In this document: in pieces, positions 63,364 to 64,000 of the stretch
How positions within the stretch are numbered: the first letter of the stretch is position 1
Layout: each line of letters begins with the position of its first letter
Assembly: GCF_041956535.1 (NCBI RefSeq)
Contig: NW_027192199.1
Span: 310,001-374,000, forward strand
From: Calcarisporiella thermophila CBS 279.70
Taxonomy: Eukaryota > Fungi > Calcarisporiellomycota
Reading direction: 5' to 3'
DNA: 64,000 nucleotides
Translations under genes and position numbers: made by a program
The notes under the pieces: model-generated
Told to the model about the DNA's origin: nothing
Database searches by the model: none
What the model saw: the letters and a program-made list of their open reading frames with translations, nothing else

Positions 63364-64000
63364 TTACCGGTCTCGACTTCTGCCCCGTTTCTTTTCTCTT
63401 CTCGGCGATCGCTCCCGGCTGTGGCTGCTTCTTCTTGATTTGCTCGATCTCTCGCGACTTCGATTCCGATCTCGGTCCTTCCTTGATGAGCGGTCTCGAC
63501 TACGACTTCTTTCTTTATCTCGCCTTGATGTGCGGTCGCGGCTACCACTTCGAGCCCTGTCCTTTCGTGATGAACGATCACGACTACGACTTCGTTCTCT
63601 ATCTCGCCTTGATAAGCGGTCGCGGCTGCGGCTGCGGCTACGGCTTCGTTTCTCCCTTCGTCCCTCACGGCTTCTATCGCGATGTTGATGTTTGCTTTCA
63701 CTTGACCGCGAATCAATGGAGGTTGTCGAGGTCGATTTTACGGAAACCTTCTCATTCATCGTCAGCCTCCTGGCATATTCTGAGGCACGGACGGTTTCTA
63801 CTAGTTTGGATTCTTTAGCTCCCAGACCAAGTAGTGCGGGACGTTGTTGGAACTCTACAGGTGCTACCATGCCATATTTACGATTTTTCCCAACCGCTTG
63901 TCCTTCCTTCCACCCCATGCCCCTCAATAAAGCCAAGCCGAAATCTTCCACAGGGATGTTTTCGTAGTCTTCGATAGAAGCCTCGTCTGGTAGGGTCTCT
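63364..64000 (-). CDS. SPP2: Spp2/GPKOW-like G-patch splicing factor with an RS/RD-rich tail (5' part lies outside the window)
   Basis: RPLPDEASIEDYENIPVEDFGLALLRGMGWKEGQAVG...RPALLGLGA, followed by RS/RD repeats. Confidence 0.85.
   Translation of the reverse strand, partial: ETLPDEASIEDYENIPVEDFGLALLRGMGWKEGQAVGKNRKYGMVAPVEFQQRPALLGLGAKESKLVETVRASEYARRLTMNEKVSVKSTSTTSIDSRSSESKHQHRDRSREGRREKRSRSRSRSRDRLSRRDRERSRSRDRSSRKDRARSGSRDRTSRRDKERSRSRDRSSRKDRDRNRSRERSSKSRRSSHSRERSPRREKKRGRSRDR

Noticed and set aside
63210-63818. Arg/Leu/Ser-rich + strand ORFs
   Set aside because: Antisense to the RS-repeat tail of the Spp2-like gene.

Overview
Gene-dense, intron-rich eukaryotic DNA with short GT-AG introns and CTAAC/CTGAC branch sites. 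It is almost certainly a fungus; an early-diverging lineage (Mucoromycota/Zoopagomycota-like) is an inference from gene content and style. About 32 protein-coding genes were reconstructed by eye, mostly housekeeping: a SAM methyltransferase, M28 carboxypeptidase, RTF1, RPP0, TMEM70-like, polyubiquitin (interrupted by a 906-nt N gap), PER1, MIC26/27, ProRS, ValRS, PacC/Rim101, Rax1-like, CCDC97, ceramide synthase, MAK10, DBP6, a FUBP-like KH protein, POT1, a mitochondrial carrier and SPP2. The standout is an intronless secreted precursor (12215-13426) of six Kex2-delimited N/S/G-rich, His-tailed repeats in two types, where a Cys in the repeat always co-occurs with a Cys-containing spacer peptide. 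It is a candidate repellent/rodlin-like, metal-binding self-assembling surface peptide system. Also notable: a Rum1/Sic1-like CDK inhibitor with a duplicated inhibitory motif under twin MCB boxes, a POT1 with a tandemly duplicated OB2 domain, a small spliced 6-Cys defensin-like secreted peptide, an Ecl1-like microprotein and a stand-alone voltage-sensor-like protein. Exon boundaries are manual and approximate, and family assignments come from recalled motifs, not from database searches.
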